From: an uncultured delta proteobacterium
Lineage (GTDB): Bacteria; Desulfobacterota; Desulfuromonadia; Desulfuromonadales; BM103
Direction: 5' to 3'
Length of the DNA stretch: 64,000 bases
NCBI GenBank assembly: GCA_963715335.1
Contig: CAVQRZ010000043.1
Coordinates: 9,657 to 73,656 of the forward strand
Notes under the pieces: model-generated
The model's database searches: none
Seen by the model: the letters and a program-made list of their open reading frames with translations, nothing else
What the model was told of the DNA's origin: nothing
In this document: positions 37,944 through 48,572 of the stretch, in pieces
Numbering within the stretch: the stretch's first letter is position 1
Layout: each line of letters opens with the position of its first letter
Program-made: the position numbers and the translations under genes

Positions 37944-39174
37944 GATTTAACTCCATTTCTGTTGCTCTGGTTGGCAGGAAGAGAGCGATGGCTGTCCCCT
38001 CCCCGCCGGCACTCGGTTCCAGATAGATTTCCCCCTGCATCTGGCGCATGATCGCCCGGCACGTCGCCAGGCCGATCCCTACCCCACTCGGCTTGTCTGC
38101 ATCCAGGTCACCCAGCTGTGAATAACCCTGGAAGATATCCTCAGCATGCTCTTGTGGTACAGATTGCCCCTGGTTGAATATCTGCAGATAAACCATCGGG
38201 TTGCCACGCCGCGTCATGTTCTCGGCATTAATCGACAGCAGGCCGCCTGTCCGGTTAAACTTGACCGCGTTGTCGACCAGCGCATCAAGCAGAACCTCCA
38301 GCTTGTCCTGGTCCCCTCTGACCGACATCAGGTCCCCTTGCAGTTGAACCATGAGATCCAGCTGCTTCGCATCTATTTCATCTTCATATTTCTGCAACGC
38401 CTGTGCAAGGGAGTCTTTGAGCGAGAGCTCCTGCCATTGCCAGTCTTCATTACCGGAGTCGAGGGAAAAAAGGCGAAGCATCCCGGTCAGCAGCCGCTCC
38501 AGGTCTTTGCCCTTGTCGTAGATCCTGGCAATATATTCCTGCAGCCGGGCAGGATCCACCTGGTCATAAAAGTTGTGCAAAAGATCAGCAAAACCGAGTA
38601 CCGAAGTAAGCGGGGTTTTCAATTCATGAGACAGGTTGCAGACAAAACGGGTCCGATCTTCATGAAGTTTGACGAGCGCTGCATGAGCGGACTCGGCTTC
38701 CCTGTTCTTCTCCTGAAGACGGCCCACGAGCTTCATGTTTTCAATAGCCAGTGCAGTCTGTGGAGCAATCGTCTCCAGCTCACCCCGCTGCAGTCGCGCA
38801 GAGATCCGACTCCGGGCGTCCAACAGTGCTGCTTTGTCAAGCGGCCGGATCAGGACGTCAGTCACGCCACTGCGGAACGCCGTGAGGGACAGGGGCAGAG
38901 AAGGTTCAGGCAGGACTGCGACCAGAGGCAGATCAGGATAAGCCCGTCTGAGAGACTGCATGGTCCGGAAGCCCGGGGAATCGATGGCCGTCACGTCACT
39001 GACGACCATCTGGATTTTTTCCCGCGGCACCTGGTCGACCACCCCCGGTGCCTGGTCATGAACTCTGACCGAAATCTCTGCATCTGGCCAGACCTCACGG
39101 ACCGCCGTCAGACTGCCTGGCTGTGCCTCCAGAAGCAGTAATTTCAAGCCGTGTGCACCGGGGCCTGGGGCCAT
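37936..39174 (-). CDS. Histidine kinase: atypical receiver, HisKA, HATPase
   Basis: SHELKTPLT H-box, DNAVKFN, GVGIGL; start taken at MAPGPG. Confidence 0.85.
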   Translation of the reverse strand: MAPGPGAHGLKLLLLEAQPGSLTAVREVWPDAEISVRVHDQAPGVVDQVPREKIQMVVSDVTAIDSPGFRTMQSLRRAYPDLPLVAVLPEPSLPLSLTAFRSGVTDVLIRPLDKAALLDARSRISARLQRGELETIAPQTALAIENMKLVGRLQEKNREAESAHAALVKLHEDRTRFVCNLSHELKTPLTSVLGFADLLHNFYDQVDPARLQEYIARIYDKGKDLERLLTGMLRLFSLDSGNEDWQWQELSLKDSLAQALQKYEDEIDAKQLDLMVQLQGDLMSVRGDQDKLEVLLDALVDNAVKFNRTGGLLSINAENMTRRGNPMVYLQIFNQGQSVPQEHAEDIFQGYSQLGDLDADKPSGVGIGLATCRAIMRQMQGEIYLEPSAGGEGTAIALFLPTRATEMELNHD

Positions 39175-39202
39175 GCAGTCACTCCGTTTGTCTGATGCGG
39201 TC

Positions 39203-41893
39203 TTACTGTCCGCAACATTTTTTATATTTTTTGCCGCTTCCGCAGGGGCAGGGGTCATTCCGGCCGACCTTGTCCTCTTCACGTTTTGCAGGACTTTGCC
39301 CGGCGGTCTGCGGACCACTTTGTCGGGTCAGGGCAAGTCGTTGGCGACGCTGCTCAGCTTCCATCTCCGCCACTTCTTCTTCCCGCGCCAGCTGTACCAG
39401 GAAAAGTTTCTGTGAAACTTCCTGTCGGATCCGTCCCATCATCGTCATGAACAGGTCGTAGGCTTCGCGTTTATACTCTTCCTTCGGGTTACGCTGCGCA
39501 TAGGCGCGCATGCCGATCCCCTCTTTGAGGTGGTCGATGGAAAGCAGGTGGTCTTTCCACTGGGTGTCGATAGTCTGCAACAACAGAACCTTCATCAGAT
39601 GTTCCAGGACCGGTGTCGTGAAAGATTCCTCCCGTTCAGCCAGGCGTTTTGTCACCTGATCCTTGAGGCTGGCTTCCAGCTCTTCCGGCTTGAGATTTTT
39701 CTCCTGCGTCGGCAGCTCCGGCAAGAAGTTGAACTGGTTGGCAAAATCAATCGCCATGGCATCCCAGCTCCATTCGCTAACGGGAGTCTTTACCGGACAG
39801 AAGGTTGCCACCATGTCTTCAACAATTTCATCCAGTATCGTCTCGATGGTTTCGCGAATATTCTCACCGGCGAGGACTTCCTTGCGTTGCGTATAGATAA
39901 CCTCGCGTTGACGATTCATGACATCATCATAATCGATCAGATGCTTGCGAATTTCGAAGTTGTGAGCCTCGACTTTTTTCTGGGCACCTTCTATGGCCTT
40001 GGAAATCATGCCATGCTCTATCGCTTCACCTTCCGGAACCTTGAGCTTGTCCATGATAAATGAAACCCGGTGGGAGCCGAATATCCGCAGCAGATCGTCC
40101 TCAAGGCTCATGTAGAAACGACTTTCACCCGGATCGCCCTGGCGGCCTGACCGGCCTCGCAGCTGATTGTCAATCCGCCTTGATTCATGTCGCTCGGTGC
40201 CCAGGATGTACAGGCCTCCGGCACCGAGGACTTCCTGTTTTTCGGCAACGCAGGTTGCCATGTACTTCGCAAGGGCCTGGGCAAAAGCATCTTCCGGATT
40301 ATCGGCAGCGGCGGCTTCACGCTTGGCAAGCATTTCCGGGTTGCCCCCGAGCACAATATCGGTGCCGCGGCCGGCCATATTGGTCGCGATCGTAACCGAG
40401 CCCTTGCGCCCTGCCTGGGCAACGATCTCAGCTTCGCGTTCGTGGTGTTTGGCATTCAAGACATGATGCGGCACCCCACGTTTTTTCAGCAACTCTGAGA
40501 GCCGTTCTGAGTTCTCGATGGTAATCGTTCCGACCAGAACCGGTTGCCCGATTTCATGGCGCTCGTGAATGTCTTCAATTACTGCACGGAACTTTTCCTT
40601 CTCCGTCTTGTAGATGACATCAGCCTGGTCGATGCGAATCATCGGCTGGTTGGTCGGTATGACGACAACTTCGAGCTTGTAAATCTGGCCGAATTCGGCG
40701 GCCTCGGTATCGGCCGTACCGGTCATCCCGGCAAGTTTTTCGTACATGCGGAAATAATTCTGGAAGGTGATCGTCGCCAGGGTCTGGTTCTCGCGTTCGA
40801 TTTTCAACCCTTCCTTGGCCTCGATCGCCTGGTGCTGGCCATCCCCCCAGCGCCGGCCCGGCATGAGGCGACCGGTAAATTCGTCGACAATCAGAACTTC
40901 GCCGTCCTTGACGACGTAATCAACATCACGCTTGAAGATCGCATGAGCCCTGAGAGCCTGGTTGACGTGGTGCAGGATAGCCATGTTGCCCGGCTCGTAA
41001 AGATTTTCAATTCCCAGTAGCTTTTCGACCTTCAAGACCCCTTCTTCGGTCAGAGTCGCCGACTTGGACTTTTCGTCCACGGTATAATCCCCGGTATAGG
41101 AACGAAAGGTCCGACCGATCTGGCCCTCGCGATCTTCGACCATCTCACCTTTTTGCAGGCGCGGGATAATTTTTTCGGCAGCGAAGTAGAGCTCGCTGGT
41201 TGCATCGGTCGGCCCGGAAATAATCAACGGTGTCCGTGCTTCGTCGATCAGGATGGAGTCAACTTCGTCGACAATGGCATAGTAGAGATCGCGTTGAACA
41301 TAGTCCTCAAGGGCGAACTTCATGTTGTCCCGAAGATAATCGAAGCCGAATTCGTTGTTGGTGCCATAGGTGATATCGGCTTTGTAGGCGGCCTTGCGCT
41401 GCGCATCGGTCCGACCATGAATAATGCAATCAACTTCCAGGCCCAGAAAGTTATAGACTTTGCCCATCCATTCGGCGTCACGTTTGGCCAGGTAGTCGTT
41501 AACTGTAATGACATGCACCCCTTTGCCGGCCAGGGCATTGAGGTACACCGGCAGCGTCGACATGAGGGTCTTGCCTTCACCGGTTTTCATCTCGGCGATT
41601 TTGCCCGCATGGAGAACCATACCTCCAATCATCTGGACATCAAAGTGGCGCATCCCCAGGGTTCGCACCGCTGCTTCGCGGACCACGGCGAAGGCTTCGG
41701 GAAGCAGATCGTCAAGCGTTTCACCGTCTGCCAGACGGCCGCGGAATTCAAGCGTTTTCCCGGTCAGGGCGGCATCAGTCAAGGCCTTGATTTCCGGTTC
41801 CAGGGCATTGATCTGCGCAACGGTCTGTTGCAGTCGTTTCAAATCGCGATCATTCTTGCTGCCAACGATTTTTTTCAGCACACTTCCTATCAT
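39203..41893 (-). CDS. secA: Preprotein translocase SecA
   Basis: [46 protein letters not shown]. Confidence 0.98.
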   Translation of the reverse strand: MIGSVLKKIVGSKNDRDLKRLQQTVAQINALEPEIKALTDAALTGKTLEFRGRLADGETLDDLLPEAFAVVREAAVRTLGMRHFDVQMIGGMVLHAGKIAEMKTGEGKTLMSTLPVYLNALAGKGVHVITVNDYLAKRDAEWMGKVYNFLGLEVDCIIHGRTDAQRKAAYKADITYGTNNEFGFDYLRDNMKFALEDYVQRDLYYAIVDEVDSILIDEARTPLIISGPTDATSELYFAAEKIIPRLQKGEMVEDREGQIGRTFRSYTGDYTVDEKSKSATLTEEGVLKVEKLLGIENLYEPGNMAILHHVNQALRAHAIFKRDVDYVVKDGEVLIVDEFTGRLMPGRRWGDGQHQAIEAKEGLKIERENQTLATITFQNYFRMYEKLAGMTGTADTEAAEFGQIYKLEVVVIPTNQPMIRIDQADVIYKTEKEKFRAVIEDIHERHEIGQPVLVGTITIENSERLSELLKKRGVPHHVLNAKHHEREAEIVAQAGRKGSVTIATNMAGRGTDIVLGGNPEMLAKREAAAADNPEDAFAQALAKYMATCVAEKQEVLGAGGLYILGTERHESRRIDNQLRGRSGRQGDPGESRFYMSLEDDLLRIFGSHRVSFIMDKLKVPEGEAIEHGMISKAIEGAQKKVEAHNFEIRKHLIDYDDVMNRQREVIYTQRKEVLAGENIRETIETILDEIVEDMVATFCPVKTPVSEWSWDAMAIDFANQFNFLPELPTQEKNLKPEELEASLKDQVTKRLAEREESFTTPVLEHLMKVLLLQTIDTQWKDHLLSIDHLKEGIGMRAYAQRNPKEEYKREAYDLFMTMMGRIRQEVSQKLFLVQLAREEEVAEMEAEQRRQRLALTRQSGPQTAGQSPAKREEDKVGRNDPCPCGSGKKYKKCCGQ

Positions 41894-42069
41894 CTGGCAC
41901 TCCGTAACCGGTAAGTTACCGGTGATATTATCAGTAAAACAAGAGCTGGGGCATTCCAGTCAGAATTGCGAATTTTAACACAGCAGAGATTGGGCTCACA
42001 AGGTTAAACAGGTCTGCCCGTTCAGGACTAATCAGCAGGCGTTTTTCTGCCCGGCACCTTCATGAAACA

Positions 42070-42099
42070 GCAATCCCCGGGAGTGAGCCCAGGGATTGC
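42070..42099. terminator. Hairpin between the exported-protein gene and secA
   Basis: GCAATCCC..GGGATTGC stem. Confidence 0.5.
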
Positions 42100-42139
42100 G
42101 GTGTGATTTAACAGCTGTATGGGAAATTAAACTGGCGGG

Positions 42140-42595
42140 TTAATTCCAGTTCCCCTTGTTGTAGCTGAAGATATGCCGGTTGGGAATAATTTTGACGACC
42201 GCAAACTGGCTGTCGTCGAATGCTCCCGGAGTTCTCGCCGAGGACTCCAGAACCTGCTCCTTGTATGAAATGATTCCGACGAACGGGATTGAAGCCGACT
42301 TCGAACGCATCACCTTGACCTTCAGGGACGAATCGTCAATCTGGTGGTAACGTGCCAGGTAAGTGCCGTCCGCCTGTTTTGTTACAAGCATGCGGCAACG
42401 GGCGAGTTTATGGTTGCGGTTTAACTGCTGGACCTTGGAATGGGCAAAGTTCTCAAAGTCGTCATACTTCTCTGCAAGCTTCTGATCCGAAGCCGCGCCT
42501 TTCTCGGTACTTGCCAACGCAACATCCATGGAGGTCGCAGGCAGACAGAATAAGCAGAGCGTAGCCACCAGTGTGATCTTTCGTGTGATGTTCAT
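42140..42595 (-). CDS. Exported hypothetical protein
   Basis: Signal peptide; GGAGG RBS; C-terminus HIFSYNKGNWN. Confidence 0.75.
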   Translation of the reverse strand: MNITRKITLVATLCLFCLPATSMDVALASTEKGAASDQKLAEKYDDFENFAHSKVQQLNRNHKLARCRMLVTKQADGTYLARYHQIDDSSLKVKVMRSKSASIPFVGIISYKEQVLESSARTPGAFDDSQFAVVKIIPNRHIFSYNKGNWN

Positions 42596-42636
42596 CTCGC
42601 ACCTCCCGCTGGGTCATTAGTCTCTGCCTGTTACAT

Positions 42637-42652
42637 AGCAATGACCGTACCA
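42637..42652 (-). promoter_or_regulatory. Sigma54 -24/-12 promoter of the exported protein
   Basis: TGGTAC-GGTCA-TTGCT about 40 bp upstream of the ATG. Confidence 0.75.
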
Positions 42653-42814
42653 GAAAGGGCTACCGACAAGTAAACCATTGAATTTACTGAAGCAAGTACA
42701 TTATTCCCTCTTTTCACGACAACCGGAACCAGGCCAACGAATGACATTCTTTGTCAGACGACACGGCGAAAAGGATATAAATGTCACCGTTTTTTGTCAC
42801 GCAAGCCACCCTCT

Positions 42815-42851
42815 AAAAAACCGGCCAGGCGCATAACAGGCGCCTGGCCGG
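42815..42851 (-). terminator. Intrinsic terminator after the OmpA-family gene
   Basis: CCGGCCAGGCGC / GCGCCTGGCCGG stem plus T6. Confidence 0.85.
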
Positions 42852-42876
42852 GTGTTGCACTCAATACATGGTCTTG

Positions 42877-43957
42877 TTACTTGGACATCATCTCGACCCT
42901 TCGGTTGAGCTTCCTGCCCTCTTTGGTTGCGTTGTCATACTTGGCTTGGGATTCACCATAACCCTTGGCCTGCAGCCTGGATTCTGCGACTCCGTTGCCG
43001 ACCAGCCATTTTTTGACCGAGGCGGCACGACGTTCGGAGAGGCCCTGGTTGTAAACCTCGGGACCGGTCGAATCGGTATGACCGGAAAGGACGAAGTCGG
43101 TATTGGGCTCTTCATCCAAGATCATCTTGACCTGCTCAAGCACCGGAATCATCTCGTCGGTGATTGCCGCCTTGTCAAAGCCGAACAGCAGGTTGAAGGT
43201 GACCACTTCCTTGGCAACCGGAGCCGGTGCCGGTGCCGGAGCCGGTGCCGGAGCCGGAGCAGGGACCGGTTTCGGAGCCGGTGCGGGCATCCGTTCTTCG
43301 TAAAGGACATCCTTGGCGAACTGTGCCATGGCAGCATCGGAGGCCAGGGACTTGCCATCCGCGGCAACACTGCAGCTCGAAAGCCCGCGGATTGCCGAGA
43401 TGGTCTGCTCGCCCTCCGGGGTGTCGGCATAACTGACTACGTGGATGCAGAGATTGGCACCGTTTTTAGCGTAAAGCTCTTTGGCCTGGGCGACCGCATC
43501 CGAACCGGTATTCGACACTCCGTCAGTAAAGACGATCAGGGCCGTTTTCCCGGACAGGCCGTCGATCAGGGGAGCAACTTCTCTCAGCCCATCTCCCATC
43601 GGCGTCATATAGTTGAAAGGTGGTGAAACACCTGCCGCTGCGGGCGCGAGGGTCCCCTTTCTTAAAGGTCGCCGGCTGCGTCACCGTCTTGTAGGGGGCA
43701 AACACGGCAACGGAGCTGTTGTAGCCGAGCTCCGGGGTCACCTGCTCCAGGCGCTTGACCGCATCGACAGACTGCTCGAACTTCTGATTTCCGGGCGTTG
43801 CTTTCGCCCACGCCATTGAACCCGACTGGTCGATGAAAATGACAAAGTTATCCACTTTCTTGACCATTTCCGCTGACACGTCAACCGGTGCAACTACACC
43901 GCTGACCACCAGAAAGGCCAAAACGACCATTAAATACCTGCAAACCTGTTTCATCAC
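42877..43957 (-). pseudogene. VWA plus OmpA-family protein split by a +1 frameshift; pseudogene or sequence error
   Basis: DQSGSM MIDAS-like motif in ORF 43523..43957; IVFTDG, PA-repeat linker, GHTDSTG..NQGLSERRA..NRRVE in ORF 42877..43608; removing one G from the G4 run (43654-43657) joins them. Confidence 0.85.
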
Positions 43958-44175
43958 ACTACTCCTTTTTTGTAAGTCAAGATTTCGGGAAAACCCACAT
44001 TGGGTATTTTACAGCTTTTGATGACATGATATCGGAAGGTTTTCATTAGTCAATTAGCTAAATACATTATTTTTTCAGTTACTGTTAAATTTTTGCCAGG
44101 ACTCTGTCTGCAGAAACTTTTTCTATCTTTTTGTGACATTTCTGTTGATGCCATGGTTGCTCATCAAAAAGACAT

Positions 44176-44200
44176 AAAAAAGCCCGGTTATACCGGGCTT
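44176..44200 (-). terminator. Intrinsic terminator after the M23 gene
   Basis: GCCCGGT / ACCGGGC stem plus T6. Confidence 0.8.
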
Positions 44201-44225
44201 CAATTTAAGACTATAAATGCGCTGG

Positions 44226-45098
44226 TTATAAATATTTATGAGGATTGACCGGGACGCCGTTGAGCCGGATCTCGTAATGGACGTGGGAGCCGGTAGACCG
44301 GCCGGTGTTGCCAACGGCGGCAATACGCTCACCGCGTCTGACCCTCTGACCGACATTTACATAGTACCGGGAGTTGTGCCCGTAGATGGTGCGGTAACCG
44401 TATCCATGGTCAACGATGACGACCTTGCCGTAGCCGGGTTCCGTCTTGACACTGCTGACAATTCCGTCTGCCGTGGCAACCACCGAAGTTCCGGTCCGCG
44501 CTGCAATATCAAGGCCTTCATGCATCTTGCGTCTGCCGTTAAACGGATCACGCCGCATACCGAAACTGGAAGTCAACCAGCCCTTGACAGGCCAGCCGAC
44601 AGGCTTGGCTGCCAGTAACGAGCGTTGATCGTTAAGAATTCCCTGGATTTCTTCCTGGCTTTCGCGACGCAGATCAATCTGGCGACGAACTTCGTCAATC
44701 CGTTGCTGGATATCACTGAATTCGCGGTTGACATCTTCCTGAGTGGCAGGACCACCGACGCCGACCATGCTGTCACTTTTCGGTGCCGACAATTTGGCCA
44801 TGACACGCACTTTGGCATCATTCTGTGCCAGCACGACAATCTCCTGGCGCAATTCTTCCAGTTTGACCACCAGCCTGTGCAGCTCTTCGCGCTGCGAGAG
44901 GTTTTCAACCTGCAAACGTGCAAACTCGTTGCGATCGAGGTTGGTCATAAGATAATCGGCAGTCAAGCCTGCAAGCCCCAGAACCAGGGCCGCGGCGGCC
45001 GCGGCGAAACCTTTAAGTACGGACAGGCGCACAGCAAAACGGCGCACCTGGTGCGAACCTTCCGGTATAACAAGTATGGTAAACCGTTTATCAGACAA
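44226..45098 (-). CDS. M23 family metallopeptidase
   Basis: HEGLD, YGH, GRSTGSHVHYE; N-terminal TM helix and coiled coil. Confidence 0.93.
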   Translation of the reverse strand: MSDKRFTILVIPEGSHQVRRFAVRLSVLKGFAAAAAALVLGLAGLTADYLMTNLDRNEFARLQVENLSQREELHRLVVKLEELRQEIVVLAQNDAKVRVMAKLSAPKSDSMVGVGGPATQEDVNREFSDIQQRIDEVRRQIDLRRESQEEIQGILNDQRSLLAAKPVGWPVKGWLTSSFGMRRDPFNGRRKMHEGLDIAARTGTSVVATADGIVSSVKTEPGYGKVVIVDHGYGYRTIYGHNSRYYVNVGQRVRRGERIAAVGNTGRSTGSHVHYEIRLNGVPVNPHKYL

Positions 45099-45223
45099 TA
45101 CCCCAAACCTCCAAAGAAACCCTACATTGACCCAATTCTGCCGCTAATTAATAAAGGATTGGTGAGCTCACTGTCAAGATTAAAGAGCAAATCCCCAGGG
45201 AATACACCAACTTTGCTTGTCAA

Positions 45224-45682
45224 TCATCCCGTCTGAAGAGAAATGCTCAGGGCAATTTCATCACACTCGGGAAATTTTGCACACTTGATACAGTCACCCC
45301 AGATTTTCTGAGGGAGCTCCGATTTCTCAATTACCGTAAAACCGAGCTTTTCGAAGAACGTCTGCTGATAAGTTAATGCAAAAACCCTGCCTATTCCCAA
45401 AATCCGAGCCTCGGCAAGACAAGCTTCTACCAGGTGTTTGCCGATTCCACGCCCGGAAAAATTTTCATCGACCACCAGGGAGCGGACCTCGGCGAGGTCT
45501 TCCCAACAGATGTTCAGCGCCGCCGCCCCGACCACCCGCTCTTCATCGACGAATACATAAAAATCCCGGATCGCCTCAAAGATCTCCATCAGTGAGCGGG
45601 AAAGGACCAGGCCATCCTTGGCATACTTGAGCAACAGTCGATGGATCTGGCGTGCGTCCTGCAAAATAGCCTTGCGAATCAT
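45224..45682 (-). CDS. GNAT N-acetyltransferase (short ArgA-like)
   Basis: AEVRSLVV, GRGIG, FALTY, LPQKIWGDCIKCAKFPECDE. Confidence 0.85.
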   Translation of the reverse strand: MIRKAILQDARQIHRLLLKYAKDGLVLSRSLMEIFEAIRDFYVFVDEERVVGAAALNICWEDLAEVRSLVVDENFSGRGIGKHLVEACLAEARILGIGRVFALTYQQTFFEKLGFTVIEKSELPQKIWGDCIKCAKFPECDEIALSISLQTG

Positions 45683-45710
45683 GGTTCCTCCAATGCAGTC
45701 GATGGGCTCA

Positions 45711-47378
45711 TCAGCCTTCTGCCGACAAGGCGAGCAATTCCTTTGCGTGCAGGATGGTCTGTTCTGTCACCTGAGCCCCGCCGAGCATACGGGCCATCTC
45801 CCTGGCCCTTTCATCACCGCAGAGCAATTCCATCACCGCCATGGTCCTGCCATCCCTTTCCTGCTTGGTGACGCGATGGTGGTGGTTGGCAAAGGCAGCA
45901 ACCTGCGGCAGATGGGTCACGCAGAGAACCTGTGCGGAAGAGCTTACCGAACGAAGCTTTCGGCCGACAGCAGTAGCGGCAGCGCCGCCAATCCCTGCAT
46001 CCACCTCGTCGAAGATAATGGTCGGCACCAGACCGGCGTCCGGAGCGATTCGCTTGAGAGCGAGCATCAAGCGCGACAATTCGCCGCCGGACGCGACTTT
46101 GGCCAGAGGCATGAGCGGCTCTCCCGGATTGAGGCTAACCATGAACTCAAGGCGTTCAAGACCATCCGGGCCAGCTTGCTCCAAAGCCGTGAAGGCAACT
46201 TCAAATGAAGCCCCGGACATGGCCAGGTCGTCAAGCTCCGCTATCAGCGCCGTGGCCAGCGTCGACGCAGCCTTGCTCCGCTGATCGGAAAGAGTCTGCC
46301 CCAGCGAACCGGTCTCGCGCCGCAAGGCGGCCAGTTCCCCAATCAGGCAGATCTTGGTTTCACCGGCATTCTCAAGCTGGCTGATCTCCTGATCGTAGCT
46401 TGCCTTGAGTTCCAGAATCTCAGCGATTGTTGGTGCATACTTGCGTTTCAGCCGATGCAGCAGACTGAGCCGCTCTTCGACCGCATCAATGCGGTCAGCG
46501 TCGAATGAAACGTTGGCCAGGTAAGAGCGCAACTGTACGGCAATGTCTTCAAGCTCAAAGAGGTTACGCTGCACGGTCTCTGAAATGGTGGCCAGGTTTT
46601 TGTCAATCTCCGCAACAGACTGCAATTCCTCCGACAGGGCGCCCAATACTTCACAGACCGAGCCGTCGCCGTCGTAAAGGGCGTCATAGCCGCCCCGGGT
46701 AGCAGCCTCCAGTCGTTCGGCGTTCTGTAACAGCAGGCGTTCCGCGAGGAGCTCCTGCTCCTCTGCAACGGACAACGCCGCAGCGGCAATTTCCCTGGAC
46801 TGATGCCGCAGCAAATCGAGCTGCTGCTCACGATCCCGTTCGGCGTCCTCAAGCTTCTCCAGCTGCCGCGCCACGCTCTGCATCCGCTGGTATGACTCGC
46901 GATAAGTTTTCACCTGGCCATCGAGCGACCCGAACCGGTCGAGAATTGCCAGATGGACATTCCGCCGTAGCAGATGCTGGTGTTCATGTTGGCCGCAGAC
47001 CGTCACCAGTTGCTCGGCCAGAGGCTGCAACTGTGCCAGAGTGGCGAGATTGCCGTTGATGTAGGCCCTGCTGCGACCACCACCCTGCACAATCCGCCGC
47101 AACACGAGCTCGTCGCCGACGGCAAAACCGGCCCCGACGAAGGCCTGGCGGACGTCATCCAACTCGGACAGATCAAACAGGGCCTGGACAGTCGCCTCAT
47201 CGGCACCGGCCCGGACCAGGTCGGGATGGGCCCGGTCTCCCAGCAGTAAGCCAACCGCACCGAGAATAATCGATTTGCCCGCACCGGTCTCGCCGGTTAA
47301 GACATTGAAACCCTCGTCAAACTGGACTTCGAGGTGATCGATAATGGCAAAATTGGTGATGGTCAGGTTGAGGAGCAT
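45711..47378 (-). CDS. recN: DNA repair protein RecN
   Basis: TGETGAGKS, ASGGELSR, FDEVDAG, VTHLPQVAA. Confidence 0.96.
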   Translation of the reverse strand: MLLNLTITNFAIIDHLEVQFDEGFNVLTGETGAGKSIILGAVGLLLGDRAHPDLVRAGADEATVQALFDLSELDDVRQAFVGAGFAVGDELVLRRIVQGGGRSRAYINGNLATLAQLQPLAEQLVTVCGQHEHQHLLRRNVHLAILDRFGSLDGQVKTYRESYQRMQSVARQLEKLEDAERDREQQLDLLRHQSREIAAAALSVAEEQELLAERLLLQNAERLEAATRGGYDALYDGDGSVCEVLGALSEELQSVAEIDKNLATISETVQRNLFELEDIAVQLRSYLANVSFDADRIDAVEERLSLLHRLKRKYAPTIAEILELKASYDQEISQLENAGETKICLIGELAALRRETGSLGQTLSDQRSKAASTLATALIAELDDLAMSGASFEVAFTALEQAGPDGLERLEFMVSLNPGEPLMPLAKVASGGELSRLMLALKRIAPDAGLVPTIIFDEVDAGIGGAAATAVGRKLRSVSSSAQVLCVTHLPQVAAFANHHHRVTKQERDGRTMAVMELLCGDERAREMARMLGGAQVTEQTILHAKELLALSAEG

Positions 47379-47390
47379 AGAACCATAGAG

Positions 47391-47531
47391 GCGCGAAGGG
47401 CGAAGCGCGAAAAATTGAAAAATTAGTCAAACAGTAAAATACTGCCTATTACAACTATTTTGATGTTTTTGGCAAACGATATCTCTTAGGGGCATCAAAA
47501 GGCCTTTTCACACCTCGCGCCTCCCACTTCG
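47391..47531. repeat. Two short degenerate heptamer runs in inverted orientation at the ends of the nadK-recN spacer
   Basis: GCGCGAA-GGGCGAA-GCGCGAA (47391-47411) and TTCACAC-CTCGCGC-CTCCCAC-TTCG (47507-47531). Confidence 0.55.
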
Positions 47532-47533
47532 GC

Positions 47534-48388
47534 TTATCTTTCCCCCCACCGCAGCTTGGTCCGCAGCACCTGAAAGTAATCCTTGCTCGGGCTCTTGATC
47601 AGCAGCGTGCAATGGTTCGACTTACGCAGTTCCACGACATCGCCGCACTGCAGGTGCATGCCTTCCTGACCGTCGGCAGTGAAGACCACGTCCTGGTCCT
47701 GGGACTTGATGCCGATGCGAATCGTCGCTTCATCTGAGACGACAATCGGGCGGTTCGTCAAAGTATGCGGACAGATTGGCGAAATCACATGGCAGTGGTT
47801 GCCGGGATAGATGATCGGCCCCCCCGCGGACAGGTTGTAACCGGTCGAACCTGTCGGCGTCGAAACGATCAGGCCGTCGGCCTTGAAGGTGGTCAGATAA
47901 TCATCATCAACCCAGGTTTCCATGTCGATGATACGGGCCAGGGCGCCCTTATTGATAACCACGTCGTTTAACACGCGATAACGTGCCACCTCATTGCCCT
48001 GACGCCGGATCACGGCGAGCAGGCGCATCCGTTCGGAAACGAAGTAATCTCCGTTGACTACCTGCTCCAGGACAGGGAAAAGTTCCGGCTGGGTGATTTC
48101 CGTGAGGAAACCGAGACTGCCCAGGTTGACTCCCAGAATTGGTGTCCGCAGATCACCAATCAGGCGGGCAACGGACAGCAATGTGCCGTCACCGCCCAGG
48201 ACCATAACCATGTCGACCAGCGGCGGGATCTCCTGGCCTGGATAGCCTGTAACGCCGACCATGGCATCTGCCAGAGGTTCATCAACAAAGACCTCTATTC
48301 TCCGCTCAGCCAGCCAGGCGATGACTTCTTCTGCGAGGCGGACCGCGTCCTTGTGATGTCGTTTGGCGAAAATACCGATTCTCTTCAT
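47534..48388 (-). CDS. nadK: NAD kinase
   Basis: GGDGT, GSLGFL, LND, DGLIVSTPTGSTGY. Confidence 0.95.
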   Translation of the reverse strand: MKRIGIFAKRHHKDAVRLAEEVIAWLAERRIEVFVDEPLADAMVGVTGYPGQEIPPLVDMVMVLGGDGTLLSVARLIGDLRTPILGVNLGSLGFLTEITQPELFPVLEQVVNGDYFVSERMRLLAVIRRQGNEVARYRVLNDVVINKGALARIIDMETWVDDDYLTTFKADGLIVSTPTGSTGYNLSAGGPIIYPGNHCHVISPICPHTLTNRPIVVSDEATIRIGIKSQDQDVVFTADGQEGMHLQCGDVVELRKSNHCTLLIKSPSKDYFQVLRTKLRWGER

Positions 48389-48572
48389 ATGAGCCCTTCC
48401 TCAAAACCCGAGCGACTTTACCACAACGAATCGTCAAAGTCCATGCCAATCAGGCACTTACAGCATCATTCGCTTGTGGGAAAAACAGTGGTATGTTAGC
48501 CTGTTGACAAGCCTCCTAAGGGGCTGGCAAAGAGGATCGAAATCTGACGCACCACGCGCAACGGTTCTGAAC

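Noticed and set aside
43219..43290. GC-rich hexamer repeats
   Set aside because: They simply encode the Pro-Ala linker of the OmpA-family protein
47433..47445. CAGT-N5-ACTG upstream of recN as an SOS box
   Set aside because: Does not match a LexA consensus I can support; short enough to be chance
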